A stretch of 64,000 nt of DNA from Hyalangium minutum (GTDB taxonomy: Bacteria; Myxococcota; Myxococcia; Myxococcales; Myxococcaceae), in contig NZ_JMCB01000004.1 in NCBI RefSeq assembly GCF_000737315.1, forward strand, positions 124,001 to 188,000, in the 5' to 3' direction. The notes under the pieces are model-generated. The model did not search any database. It was not told the origin of the DNA and saw nothing but the letters and a program-made list of their open reading frames with translations. Within the stretch, counting starts at the first letter, position 1. Each line of letters opens with the position of its first letter. Both the position numbers and the translations under genes were made by a program. Below are positions 1-10,838 of this stretch, piece by piece.

Positions 1-188
1 TTCAGCTGGTCGCGCTCCTGGCGCACCTTCTGGAAATTCCCCTCCAGCTCGGCGAGCTGGGTCTTCAGCTTCGTGTTCTCCTGGCGGAGGGCATCCGCGT
101 CTCCCTTGGCCCGCTCCAGCTCTTTGGAAGGTCCGCACGCCACCAGGGGAGCGAGCGCCAGCACCAGGGCTGCCATCCACGCCTTCAT
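1..188 (-). CDS. Coiled-coil lipoprotein, 5' part (runs off the window start)
   Basis: Not in the ORF track. Manual translation from ATG at 188: MKAWMAALVLALAPLVAC-GPSKELERAKGDADALRQENTKLKTQLAELEG...; lipobox LVAC followed by a heptad-like segment. Confidence 0.75.
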   Translation of the reverse strand, partial: MKAWMAALVLALAPLVACGPSKELERAKGDADALRQENTKLKTQLAELEGNFQKVRQERDQL

Positions 189-430
189 TCGTCTTCAACC
201 TCCTGACAGGTCCGAGCCGGAGTCCGTCTCCGGGCTTGGCCTGAGCGGGAGGAGCCAAAGCAAGACGCGTTCCTCCCGTGCGTCCCGAGGGGCGCCCTGC
301 GTGAGCTCAAGAAAACCGTGGCAGGAAGCCATGGCCACCCAGGTGTGTTGCCATGGCTGGATGCTCCCTTTTTCCGTTGTGTCGAGGGGGGCACCGCCCC
401 ATCCTGAGGAAGGCTGTCATCAACGTTCCC

Positions 431-3343
431 ATGACTTCCTCCCCCTCCGAGCAGGAACAGGCCCTCCTGGGCGAGATCGCTCGCCTTCGCGCACTGGAGG
501 ACGCCCTTCGCGTGGCCAACGAGCGCATCCAGCTGGCGCTGAACGCTGGAGCGGTGATTGGCACCTGGGTGTGGGACGTCCGAAGGGACCACTTCACGGC
601 CGATGAGCGCTTTGCCCGGTCCTTCTCAATCAATCCGGAACTGGCGGCGCAAGGCCTTCCGTTGAGCGTGGTCATCACCTCCATCCACCCGGAGGACCGT
701 CCTCGAATCGAAGCCCTGGTCGCCCGGACGGCGGAGATGGGGGGGCCCTATCGCGCCGAGTACCGGACACGCCAGCTCGATGGCTCCTACCTCTGGGTGG
801 AGGCCAATGGCCACTGCGAGCACGGACCCGACGGCAAGCCGGACCGTTTCCCGGGGGTGCTGATCAACATCGACGAGCGGAAGAAGGCGGAGCTGCGCCA
901 GGCCGCCCTCGTCGAGGTGGGCGACAAGCTTCGAGAGCTGGGCGACGCCGGCGAGGTGGCCCACGCCGCCATGGAGGTGGTCGGGCGGGTCATCGGCGTC
1001 ATCCGCGCCGGCTATGGCCGGGTCGACCCGGCCCTGCGAAAGGTGGAGATCGAGCAAGACTGGGTCAGTGCTCCCGGCGCGCTCAGCGTCCGGGGCGTGC
1101 ACGAGTTCACCCGGTACGGCACCTACATCGAGAACCTCGAGCGGGGCGAGGTGGTCAGCATCCGGGACATCGAGGTGGATTCCCGGACCATGGTGGGCGT
1201 GGAGAACCTGCGGCGGTTTGGCATCCGCGCGATGGTCAACGTGCCGTTGCTGGAGCAGGGGCGCCTGGTCGCGGTCCTGTTCCTTCATGACCGGGTGGTG
1301 CGCGACTGGTCTCCGGACGAGATCGAGTTCATGCGCAACGTGGCCGACCGCATCTGGGCAGCCAGCGAGCGCATCAAGGCCGTGGCGGAGCTGCGGCGGG
1401 CCAAAGAGACGCTCGAGCAGCGTGTCGCTCAGCGCACCCGCGAGCGCGATCGCCTCTGGAACGTCTCGCAGGATCTGCTGCTGGTGGCGGACTTCGAGGG
1501 CCGCTTCCTCAGCGTGAACCCCGCGTGGACCTTGGTGCTGGGCTGGACGGAAGCGGAGCTGTTGGGGAAGACCTCCCGCTGGCTGGAGCACCCGGAGGAC
1601 GGAGGAAAGACGCAGGCCGAGGTGGCGAGCCTGGCGGCGGGCTTCGCGACGCTGCGGTTCGAGAACACGTTCCGGCACAAGAACGGCACGTACCGCACCT
1701 TGTCCTGGACGGCGGTGCCGGTGCCGGAGGAGGGCGTGCTCTACGCCGTGGCGCGCGACATCACCGAGCAGCGCCAGACCGAGGATCAGCTGCGCCAGGC
1801 CCAGAAAATGGAGGCCATTGGCCAGCTGACGGGCGGCGTGGCGCACGACTTCAACAACCTGCTCCAGGTCGTCAGCGGCAACCTCCAGCTGCTCCAGCGG
1901 GACGTGGGCGGCAACCCGAACGCCCTGCGCCGCCTGCAGACGGCCGTCAGCGCCGTGGAGCGAGGCGCCAAGCTCGCGTCCCAGCTGCTCGCGTTCTCCC
2001 GCCGCCAGCCGCTCGAGCCACTGGTGCTCAACCTGGGCCGGCTGGTGCGCGGCATGGACGACATGCTGCGCCGCTCCCTGGGCGAGAACGTGGAGGTGGA
2101 GACGCTGGTCTCACCAGGGCTGTGGAACACCTCGGTGGATCCCAACCAGCTCGAGAACGTCATCCTCAACCTGGCCATCAACGCCCGGGATGCGATGGCG
2201 GGCACGGGCACGCTGACCATCGAAGTCAGCAACACCACGCTGGACGAGCGCTATGCCCAGCGTCACCCGGAGGTGGTGCCGGGGCCCTACGTGCTGCTGT
2301 CCGTCTCCGACACGGGCAGCGGCATGACTCCCGAGGTGCTCGAGCGGGCCTTCGAGCCCTTCTTCACCACCAAGCCCGAGGGCCGCGGCACCGGGCTGGG
2401 CCTGAGCATGGTGTATGGCTTCGTCCGGCAGAGCGGCGGCCACGTGACGATCCAGAGCGAGGTGGGGCGCGGCACGACGATTCAGATCTACCTGCCGCGC
2501 TCGTTCCAGGATGAGTCGGCGCCCGTGGAAGGCCTCACGGGCCCTGTCGAGGGCGGCACCGAGACGATCCTGGTGGTGGAGGATGACGCGCAGGTGCGGG
2601 CCACGGTGGTGGAGCTGCTGAGCGAGCTGGGCTACCAGGTGCTCAAGGCCGTGGATGGGCAGAGCGCGCTGGCGATCATCCAAAGCGGGGTGCCGGTGGA
2701 CCTGCTGTTCACGGATGTGGTGATGCCGGGGCCGGTGCGCAGCACGGAGCTGGCGCGGCTGGCCAAGGAGCTGGTGCCGCACATCGAGGTGCTCTTCACC
2801 TCGGGCTATGCGGAGGACGCCATCGTCCACGGGGGGCGGCTCGATCCCGGACTCCACCTGCTGAGCAAGCCCCACCGCCACGAGGACCTGGCGCGCAAGG
2901 TGCGGCAGCTGCTCAACCACCGGCAGCAGCGGCAGGCCCCCGAGTCCCCAGGTGCGAGGAAGACGCCCGTGCCCATTCCCTCTCTGCGGCTGCGCGTGCT
3001 GCTGGTGGAGGATGACGAGGAGATCCGCACGTCCACCCAGGAACTCCTGGACTTGCTCGGGCACGAGGTGGTGGCGGTGTCGAGCGCGGAGGCGGCGCGG
3101 GGCGCCTTGGCGGCGGGCGCCTTCGAGGTGCTCTTCACGGACGTGTCACTGCCGGGAGGCTCGGGCGCGGACCTGGCGCGTGAGGTGATGAAGCGCCATC
3201 CCGGGATGCGGGTCATCATCGCCTCGGGGGATGGGAGCGAGGCGATGAACGGGGAGCGCCCGGGCGTGGCCGTGCTGCTGCCCAAGCCCTACGCGCTGGC
3301 TCAGATTCAAGAGGCGCTCGCGCGAGTGGTGGCCTCTCGCTGA
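431..3343 (+). CDS. Hybrid sensor histidine kinase (PAS-GAF-PAS-HisKA-HATPase-REC-REC)
   Basis: H-box LTGGVAHDFNNLL, G boxes FFTTKPEGRGTGLGL, two receiver domains (ILVVEDD...LLFTDVVMPG; VLLVEDD...LFTDVSLPG). Start moved from 353 to the ATG at 431 (MTSSPSEQ). Confidence 0.92.
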   Translation: MTSSPSEQEQALLGEIARLRALEDALRVANERIQLALNAGAVIGTWVWDVRRDHFTADERFARSFSINPELAAQGLPLSVVITSIHPEDRPRIEALVARTAEMGGPYRAEYRTRQLDGSYLWVEANGHCEHGPDGKPDRFPGVLINIDERKKAELRQAALVEVGDKLRELGDAGEVAHAAMEVVGRVIGVIRAGYGRVDPALRKVEIEQDWVSAPGALSVRGVHEFTRYGTYIENLERGEVVSIRDIEVDSRTMVGVENLRRFGIRAMVNVPLLEQGRLVAVLFLHDRVVRDWSPDEIEFMRNVADRIWAASERIKAVAELRRAKETLEQRVAQRTRERDRLWNVSQDLLLVADFEGRFLSVNPAWTLVLGWTEAELLGKTSRWLEHPEDGGKTQAEVASLAAGFATLRFENTFRHKNGTYRTLSWTAVPVPEEGVLYAVARDITEQRQTEDQLRQAQKMEAIGQLTGGVAHDFNNLLQVVSGNLQLLQRDVGGNPNALRRLQTAVSAVERGAKLASQLLAFSRRQPLEPLVLNLGRLVRGMDDMLRRSLGENVEVETLVSPGLWNTSVDPNQLENVILNLAINARDAMAGTGTLTIEVSNTTLDERYAQRHPEVVPGPYVLLSVSDTGSGMTPEVLERAFEPFFTTKPEGRGTGLGLSMVYGFVRQSGGHVTIQSEVGRGTTIQIYLPRSFQDESAPVEGLTGPVEGGTETILVVEDDAQVRATVVELLSELGYQVLKAVDGQSALAIIQSGVPVDLLFTDVVMPGPVRSTELARLAKELVPHIEVLFTSGYAEDAIVHGGRLDPGLHLLSKPHRHEDLARKVRQLLNHRQQRQAPESPGARKTPVPIPSLRLRVLLVEDDEEIRTSTQELLDLLGHEVVAVSSAEAARGALAAGAFEVLFTDVSLPGGSGADLAREVMKRHPGMRVIIASGDGSEAMNGERPGVAVLLPKPYALAQIQEALARVVASR

Positions 3344-3352
3344 GCCGTGGCG

Positions 3353-4936
<1,584 letters not shown>

Positions 4937-5063
4937 GGAAGAGCTTTAATCGTGTCCAGGAAAGCCGGGGAGTGAGGGATCTCCCGCTGGGGCCGAATGC
5001 GTCCACCAGCGCACGGTGCCGTGAGCGCTCGGTTCACTCCTGGACGTCTGCGTCACTTCTCGT

Positions 5064-5630
5064 TTAGAGCACCCGGCCGCGCAGCTCGGGGCTGGGGCGC
5101 TGGATGATCTCTGTGGTGAGCAGCAGGTGGGGTTCCACTGCCGCCGCCGCTCCTTCGAGCGCCGCCTCCACCATATGGAGCTCTCCGGCCAGGACGAAGA
5201 CGCCCTTGCCGCCGATGCCCCGCGCCAGCTGCAGCCGCTCCAGCACCACCTCGGCGCGCTTGAGCGCCGTGTCCGCGCACAGCAGCGCCGCGGCCACCGT
5301 GTGCGTCTCGACGATGCCCACGCTCTCTCCGAACGTGCCCGGGAAGCGGCCCTGGAGCCCGGCCACGAGCCCGTCCGCGGCCATGGGCAGCAGCAGCTTG
5401 TCCAGCAGCGTGCGGCCGGCCACCTCGAGCCCCTCCTGGAAGGACTCCTGCACCTCGGCCACGCCGCCGGAGAACAGCAGCAGGTACTTGCCCGGCGTCA
5501 CCGCCTCCGCCATTGCCAGTGTCACCGGTGCGCGCTTCACCACCGCGTCGGCCACGACGTAGCCGCGCGCGATGGAGTCCAGCTCCAGGAGCGCCAGCGC
5601 AGGGCCGGGAAGTGGCAGGGGATCAGACAA
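5064..5630 (-). CDS. BMC shell protein, tandem-domain BMC-T (PduT-like, single-layer type)
   Basis: Two BMC domains (LALLELDSIARGYVVADAVVKRA; VGIVETHTVAAALLCADTALKRA), terminal IIQRPSP. TTG start overlaps the ALDH stop. Confidence 0.9.
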   Translation of the reverse strand: MSDPLPLPGPALALLELDSIARGYVVADAVVKRAPVTLAMAEAVTPGKYLLLFSGGVAEVQESFQEGLEVAGRTLLDKLLLPMAADGLVAGLQGRFPGTFGESVGIVETHTVAAALLCADTALKRAEVVLERLQLARGIGGKGVFVLAGELHMVEAALEGAAAAVEPHLLLTTEIIQRPSPELRGRVL

Positions 5631-7149
5631 TGCGGAACGAGTCCTTGAGGGTGCAGCGCCGCTCGCGGGTGAAGCTCAGCGCGGTGGTGAGCCCCTCGCC
5701 CGTGGGGGAGGCGATGGTGAAGGAGGTGTAGCCCTCGCCCGTCATTCCCAGCCCGGCGAACGAGGGCCCGTTCTTCACGAAGATGGAAGTGTTGATGAGG
5801 CGCGCCATCGTGCTGAGGTGGTCCACGTTCGTGGAGTGCATGGTGGCCGTGTGCCCGAAGCCGTGCTCGGCCTGGACAGCGGCGGTGATGCAGTCCTCCA
5901 CGTTGCGCAGCCGCGTGAAGCCCATCACTGGCAGCAGCAGCTCCGCCTGGATGAACGGGTGGGTGGCGTCCACCTCGGCGAACAGCAGCCGCGTGCCCTG
6001 GGGCACCCGGATGCCCGCCGCGTCCGCGATCTTCTCCGCGTCCTTGCCCACCCAGTCCTTCACCGGGTGGCCGTCGTGGACTACCAGCTTCTCCAGCCGG
6101 TGGATGGCCGCGCCCGTCACCTCGTAGGCGCCGTAGCGCTCCATCTGCGCCTTGAGCTCGTCGGCGATGGAGGCCACCGCGAAGACTTCCTTCTCCACGA
6201 TGCAGACGATGTTGTTGTCCAGCGAGGCCCCGTCGACGATGTCCTTGGCCGCGCGGGCAATGTGAGCCGTCTCGTCCACCACGGCGGGCGGGTTGCCCGG
6301 GCCGGCGGCAATGGCCCGCTTGCCCGAGTTCATCGCCGCGCGCACCACCGCGGGCCCGCCCGTCACCACCAGCAGGCGCACGTTCTTGTGCTTCATCAGC
6401 GCCTGGGCCGAGTCGATCGTCGGCTCGGCCAGCGCGCACAGCAGGTTCTCCGGCCCGCCCGCGGAGACGATGGCCTCGTTGAGCAGCTGGATGTGGTACG
6501 CGCTCACCCGCTTGGCGCTCGGGTGCACGTTGAACACCACCGCGTTGCCCCCGGCGACCATGCCGATGCCGTTGTTGATGATCGTCTCGGTGGGGTTGGT
6601 GGTGGGGGTGATGGAGCCGATGACGCCGTAGGGCGCGCGCTCCAGCAGCGCCAGCCCGTGATCCCCGGTGAAGGCCACGGGCTTGAGGATCTCCGTGCCC
6701 GGCGTCTTGTTGGCGCACAGGAGGTTCTTCTTGATCTTGTCCTCCACGCGCCCCAGCCCCGTCTCTTTCACCGCCATCTCGGACAGCTCGCGGGCGGCGC
6801 GGCGGGTGGTCTCACGCATGGCCTCGATGGCGCGGTCCTTCACCTCGAGGGACAGCTCGCCCCACTCCTCGAAGGCAGCGCGGGCGGCGGTGGTGGCGGC
6901 GTCGAGGTCATCGAAGATGCCCTTGCGGCCCTTGTGGAAGGCGGGCGCGCGCGAGGGCACGGGAGGACGGGCCTCGGGGGTGAGGGGAGCGGTGCCATAG
7001 CGGCGCTCGCTGCCTCGCCGGTCATCCGCGTGGCCCTGAGGGGGCTGGGCGGGGGCGGGGACCGGCTGGGGGAGATCCGACAGCTCCTTGGAGAGCTTGC
7101 GGACCACCTGATCGACAATCGCGTCGATCTGCTTCGCGTCAAAGCTCAT
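5623..7149 (-). CDS. BMC-associated acylating aldehyde dehydrogenase (EutE/PduP family) with N-terminal encapsulation peptide
   Basis: ITPTTNPTET, VTGGPAVV, AGPGNPPAVVDETA, catalytic Cys in DNNIVCIVEK, EAELLLP-type motif. N-terminal amphipathic helix (KQIDAIVDQVVRKL) followed by a Pro-rich linker. Confidence 0.92.
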   Translation of the reverse strand: MSFDAKQIDAIVDQVVRKLSKELSDLPQPVPAPAQPPQGHADDRRGSERRYGTAPLTPEARPPVPSRAPAFHKGRKGIFDDLDAATTAARAAFEEWGELSLEVKDRAIEAMRETTRRAARELSEMAVKETGLGRVEDKIKKNLLCANKTPGTEILKPVAFTGDHGLALLERAPYGVIGSITPTTNPTETIINNGIGMVAGGNAVVFNVHPSAKRVSAYHIQLLNEAIVSAGGPENLLCALAEPTIDSAQALMKHKNVRLLVVTGGPAVVRAAMNSGKRAIAAGPGNPPAVVDETAHIARAAKDIVDGASLDNNIVCIVEKEVFAVASIADELKAQMERYGAYEVTGAAIHRLEKLVVHDGHPVKDWVGKDAEKIADAAGIRVPQGTRLLFAEVDATHPFIQAELLLPVMGFTRLRNVEDCITAAVQAEHGFGHTATMHSTNVDHLSTMARLINTSIFVKNGPSFAGLGMTGEGYTSFTIASPTGEGLTTALSFTRERRCTLKDSFRIV

Positions 7150-7190
7150 CGGCGAGGCTCCTGGCGGGGCAGGGCGCCCGCCGCTTCACT

Positions 7191-7379
7191 TCACGAGGCG
7201 CGTGGCAGGGGCGGCACCTGCTCGGAGCCCTCGTAGTAGATGCTGGCGGTCTCCTTGCCGTAGACAACGAGGACCCGATCGCTCTGGGCGAGCAGATCGC
7301 CCGTCGCCTCGGTGACCTTGCGAACCAGGGAGTCAGACTGCGCCGAGCGTTTGGAGGCTCGGACTTTGACGACCGGCAT
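7191..7379 (-). CDS. Small 4-oxalocrotonate tautomerase-like protein (Pro1, beta-alpha-beta)
   Basis: MPVVKVRASKRSAQSDSLVRKVTEATGDLLAQSDRVLVV...IYYEG matches the 4-OT pattern (P1, strand, R-S, helix LxRxVxEA, RVxV strand). AGGA ribosome site just upstream; co-oriented inside the operon. Confidence 0.62.
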   Translation of the reverse strand: MPVVKVRASKRSAQSDSLVRKVTEATGDLLAQSDRVLVVYGKETASIYYEGSEQVPPLPRAS

Positions 7380-7388
7380 GGGGGATTC

Positions 7389-7679
7389 CTACTCCTTGAC
7401 GTACTTCAGTGTGCCGCCCACTTCCAACTGATCGACGATGGCCATGACGGTCGCGTCGACGGGGCGGTCCTTCGTCACCTTCGTCTGCCGGGCGCTGGAG
7501 CCAGAGCAGTAGAGCACCACCTCGCCCACGCCGGCGCCCACCGCATCCACGGCGACGACGACGGGGCCGGTGACTTTGCCCTCCAAGTCCATGCCGCGCA
7601 GCACGAGGAGCTTCAAGCCCTCGAGCTCCTGCTCTTTGCGCGTGGCGACCACCGTCCCCACGACCTTGCCCATCAGCAT
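7389..7679 (-). CDS. BMC vertex pentamer, EutN/CcmL family (BMC-P)
   Basis: [15 protein letters not shown]...[15 protein letters not shown]...GSSAR...[11 protein letters not shown]. Confidence 0.95.
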   Translation of the reverse strand: MLMGKVVGTVVATRKEQELEGLKLLVLRGMDLEGKVTGPVVVAVDAVGAGVGEVVLYCSGSSARQTKVTKDRPVDATVMAIVDQLEVGGTLKYVKE

Positions 7680-7712
7680 GCGCGGCTCCCGGGTGACTTA
7701 GAGGGGGACAGG

Positions 7713-8015
7713 TCAGGTCGTCCCAGCGTCCGTCTTGCCCTTGCGGCCGAGCGGCAGGACCTGGTCCAGGTTGCCGTGGGGGCGGGGAATCACGTGCACG
7801 GAGACCAGCTCGCCCACGCGCTCGGCGCCACGGGCTCCGGCCTCGGTGGCCGCCTTCACTGCCGCCACGTCGCCGCGGATGATGGCCGTCACGTAGCCGC
7901 CGCCGATCTTCTCGTAGCCGACGAACTCCACCTTCGCCGCCTTCACCATCGCGTCGGCCGCTTCGACCATGCCGACGAAGCCCTTCGTTTCGATCAGCCC
8001 GAGTGCATCCGCCAT
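7713..8015 (-). CDS. BMC hexameric shell protein (BMC-H, PduA/EutM-like)
   Basis: [31 protein letters not shown] pore loop, VHVIPRPH. Confidence 0.96.
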   Translation of the reverse strand: MADALGLIETKGFVGMVEAADAMVKAAKVEFVGYEKIGGGYVTAIIRGDVAAVKAATEAGARGAERVGELVSVHVIPRPHGNLDQVLPLGRKGKTDAGTT

Positions 8016-8084
8016 CTGTTCGTTCCTCTCCGCTGCTGCGGTGAAATCACGTCACGCCGTCCCCGAGAGGGGCCGGCTGAAAAC

Positions 8085-8723
8085 TCACTTGTCCTTGAGA
8101 GACGCCGGCTCCTTGCCGGTGAGGCCCTTGAGCGCCGCCACCGCCGCCGCCGCCGCCGCGTCGATCTCCGCCTCGGAGCCGGCCATGTAGAGCCGGCCGA
8201 AGGCGCCGTACGGTGTCACATCCACCAGCTTCACGTTGGCCGCCTTCTCCGCCTCGTTGGCCGCCAGCGCCGCGTACGCCGCGGGCTCGCACTCGAGGAT
8301 GAAGAGGGACTCGCCGGGCTCAATCAGCGAGCCGAAGCGGATCTTGTCCAGGATCATCGCGTGCATCGGCTCGATGGCGCGGATGACGGTGTTGGAGACC
8401 AGCTTGGGCTTGATCCGGTCCTCTTCCTTGGCCTCCAGGAACTTGAGGATGGAGTCACCGGCGCTGCGCACCTCGCCCTTGTCCTCGTGGTGGACCTCGA
8501 GCATGCCGTAGGCGCGCTCGACCACCAGCGTGGCGGGGAACACCCGCGTGTTCTTGAGCGCGGTGTCGATGATCCCGTGGATGGCCATACCCGGCGCGAT
8601 CTCCACGAAGAGCGATGCCACGTAGGGCACCGGGAAATAGCCACGGCACGTGGTGCAGATGTGCGCGGCGAGCTGCGGCTGCAGCGAGTCGAGGAAAACG
8701 AACGCCCGGAGCGACGTGGCCAA
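8085..8723 (-). CDS. BMC-T shell protein, double-stacking (CcmP-like) type
   Basis: [47 protein letters not shown] start behind GGAGG. Confidence 0.9.
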   Translation of the reverse strand: MATSLRAFVFLDSLQPQLAAHICTTCRGYFPVPYVASLFVEIAPGMAIHGIIDTALKNTRVFPATLVVERAYGMLEVHHEDKGEVRSAGDSILKFLEAKEEDRIKPKLVSNTVIRAIEPMHAMILDKIRFGSLIEPGESLFILECEPAAYAALAANEAEKAANVKLVDVTPYGAFGRLYMAGSEAEIDAAAAAAVAALKGLTGKEPASLKDK

Positions 8724-8817
8724 AACAACCCTCCCGGTACTGCCGGTAGAGGGACCTTGCTATAGCGAACCGAACACTTCGTTGACAAGCGCCGTCTGGA
8801 GTGGCGGTAAAGGTCGC

Positions 8818-9423
8818 ATGTCCCCCCAATTGCTCTTGATTTCCCTTGTATTCGGGCTCTCCACGGTGGCGGCCGCGCAGCCGGAAGAGGCTCCCCCTGC
8901 CACCCGCCGCGTAGGGCAGACGCCCGTCTGGCTGCCCCGTGGCGCCTTCCTGGGCACCTTCATCCGGAAGGGGGCGGTGGTTCCCCAGGCCCGGCTCCAG
9001 TGGCAGTTGACGCTCTTCCAGCAGAAGAAGGACGGCATCGTGCTCTTGATGGAGGGCGGAGGCGGGTGGGCCGCGGGGCTGCCGGACACGGCCGTGGAGG
9101 GCTTCGACGCGCCCATCCACTCTCTGTATGAGCACACGCTCATGTTCGGAGTGGGCTACCGCAACCAGGACCCGGCGGGTTTGCACTGGGGGTTTCAGGT
9201 CACGGGAGGACCTGTCTGGTATGGTGCGCATTACCGGGATCTCCCGGTTGAGCATGACTCGGCGGGGTTGATGGAGGGGCGTATCCACGTGGGATACCGC
9301 TTCGGGCCGGTGGTTCTGGGAGTGAGCGGCGGGTACGCCGAGCCCTTCAGCTACACGCGGCGCAGCGTGGCGCGTCAGTTCCTCGGGGGAGCGCAGTTCG
9401 GGTTCTTCGCGGATTGGAGATAA
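8818..9423 (+). CDS. Exported hypothetical protein, possible outer-membrane beta-barrel
   Basis: Signal peptide (MSPQLLLISLVFGLSTVAAA), alternating amphipathic strands, aromatic-rich C-terminus (QFGFFADWR). Start set at ATG 8818. Confidence 0.6.
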   Translation: MSPQLLLISLVFGLSTVAAAQPEEAPPATRRVGQTPVWLPRGAFLGTFIRKGAVVPQARLQWQLTLFQQKKDGIVLLMEGGGGWAAGLPDTAVEGFDAPIHSLYEHTLMFGVGYRNQDPAGLHWGFQVTGGPVWYGAHYRDLPVEHDSAGLMEGRIHVGYRFGPVVLGVSGGYAEPFSYTRRSVARQFLGGAQFGFFADWR

Positions 9424-9509
9424 CCCTAGGCTCCTACCTGTCCTTGCCAGTCCTTCACAGGGCTGCGTAACGTGCGAAGTCATCCCCTCGGAGTCACGGG
9501 AGTGTCGCG

Positions 9510-10784
9510 GTGGCATTGACCACAGAAGCATTCGGTTTGACCGACGTTGGCCGGAAGCGTCAGCACAACGAAGATGCGATGTTGGTGGAGTCCCAGCTGG
9601 GGCTCTACATCGTCGCTGACGGCATGGGCGGTCACGCCGCGGGAGAGGTGGCCAGTGCGCGGGCGACCGAGGTCGTCAAGCAGCACATCACCGCGAACAA
9701 GCACCTGCTGAAGGATCTGGCCTCCAACCCGTCCCAGGACAGCCGGGCGGCGGCGGCGGCGCTGGTGGAAGTGGCCATCCAGCGGGCGTGCGCGGACATC
9801 TACAAGATGGCGCTGGCGGACGCGGCCAAGCGAGGCATGGGCACCACGTTCGTGTGCCTGGCGCTCAGCGGGAACAAGGGCGTCATTGGCCACGTGGGCG
9901 ACTCGCGCGTGTACCTGGTGCGCCACGGGCAGTGTCACCGGCTCACCGAGGACCACACGCTGGTGGCCGCACAGCTGAAGGCCGGCACCATCACCAAGGA
10001 GCAGGCGGCCAGCTCGCAGTACCGCAACGTGATTACCCGTGCGGTCGGCATCCAGGAGTCCGTGCAGGTGGACACCCTGATCGTCGACCTGATGCCGGGT
10101 GATGTCTTCATCCTCTGCTCGGACGGCCTGCACGGCTACATCGAGGACGAGGAGATGCTGCCGCTGGTCAGCACGGTGGCCATTGGCGATCTGCCCAAGA
10201 AGCTGATCGACACGGCCAACGAGCGCGGCGGCAAGGACAACATCACCGCCGTGGTGGTGAAGGTGGCTGGCGACGGCGCGGTGGCCAGCGAGGAGACGAG
10301 CGAGGCGCAGTCGCGCATGGAGGCGCTGCGGAAGATCCCGCTCTTCCGGCACCTCACGTACAAGGAGCAGACGGCGGTGCTGTCCATCGCCACCACGCGC
10401 ACGTTCCCCGCGGGGCGGGAGATTGTGGTGGAGGGCCAGCCGGGCGAGGAGCTGTTCGTCGTCATCCGCGGCCGGGTGGTGATTGAGAAGAACGGCGTGG
10501 AGATCGCCGAGCTGCGCGCCGGTGGGCACTTCGGAGAGATGGGGCTCATCGACAACGCGCCGCGCTCGGCGACGGTGCGCGCCACCGAGCCCACGCGAAC
10601 GATGGTCATCTCCCGGCCGGACCTGATGAGCCTGATGAAGCGCGAGTCCATCCTCGCGGTGAAGATGCTCTGGAGCTTCGTGCAGGTGCTGTCGGACCGG
10701 CTGCGCGCGACGAACTCGGAGCTGAGCGAGGCGCGCCAGGAACTGGCGGTGGCGCAGTCCGTCCAGCCCTTCGCCGAGGAGTAG
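9510..10784 (+). CDS. PP2C-family Ser/Thr phosphatase with C-terminal cyclic-nucleotide-binding domain
   Basis: GRKRQHNED, VADGMGGH, MGTT, GHVGDSR, LCSDGL, GGKDNIT; cNMP cassette FGEMGLIDNAPRSATVRA. Confidence 0.93.
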   Translation: MALTTEAFGLTDVGRKRQHNEDAMLVESQLGLYIVADGMGGHAAGEVASARATEVVKQHITANKHLLKDLASNPSQDSRAAAAALVEVAIQRACADIYKMALADAAKRGMGTTFVCLALSGNKGVIGHVGDSRVYLVRHGQCHRLTEDHTLVAAQLKAGTITKEQAASSQYRNVITRAVGIQESVQVDTLIVDLMPGDVFILCSDGLHGYIEDEEMLPLVSTVAIGDLPKKLIDTANERGGKDNITAVVVKVAGDGAVASEETSEAQSRMEALRKIPLFRHLTYKEQTAVLSIATTRTFPAGREIVVEGQPGEELFVVIRGRVVIEKNGVEIAELRAGGHFGEMGLIDNAPRSATVRATEPTRTMVISRPDLMSLMKRESILAVKMLWSFVQVLSDRLRATNSELSEARQELAVAQSVQPFAEE

Positions 10785-10838
10785 GGTCCCCGGCGCCCCG
10801 GTGCCGCCCAAGGGCCGCGCACCGGGGCAGGCTGTGGG

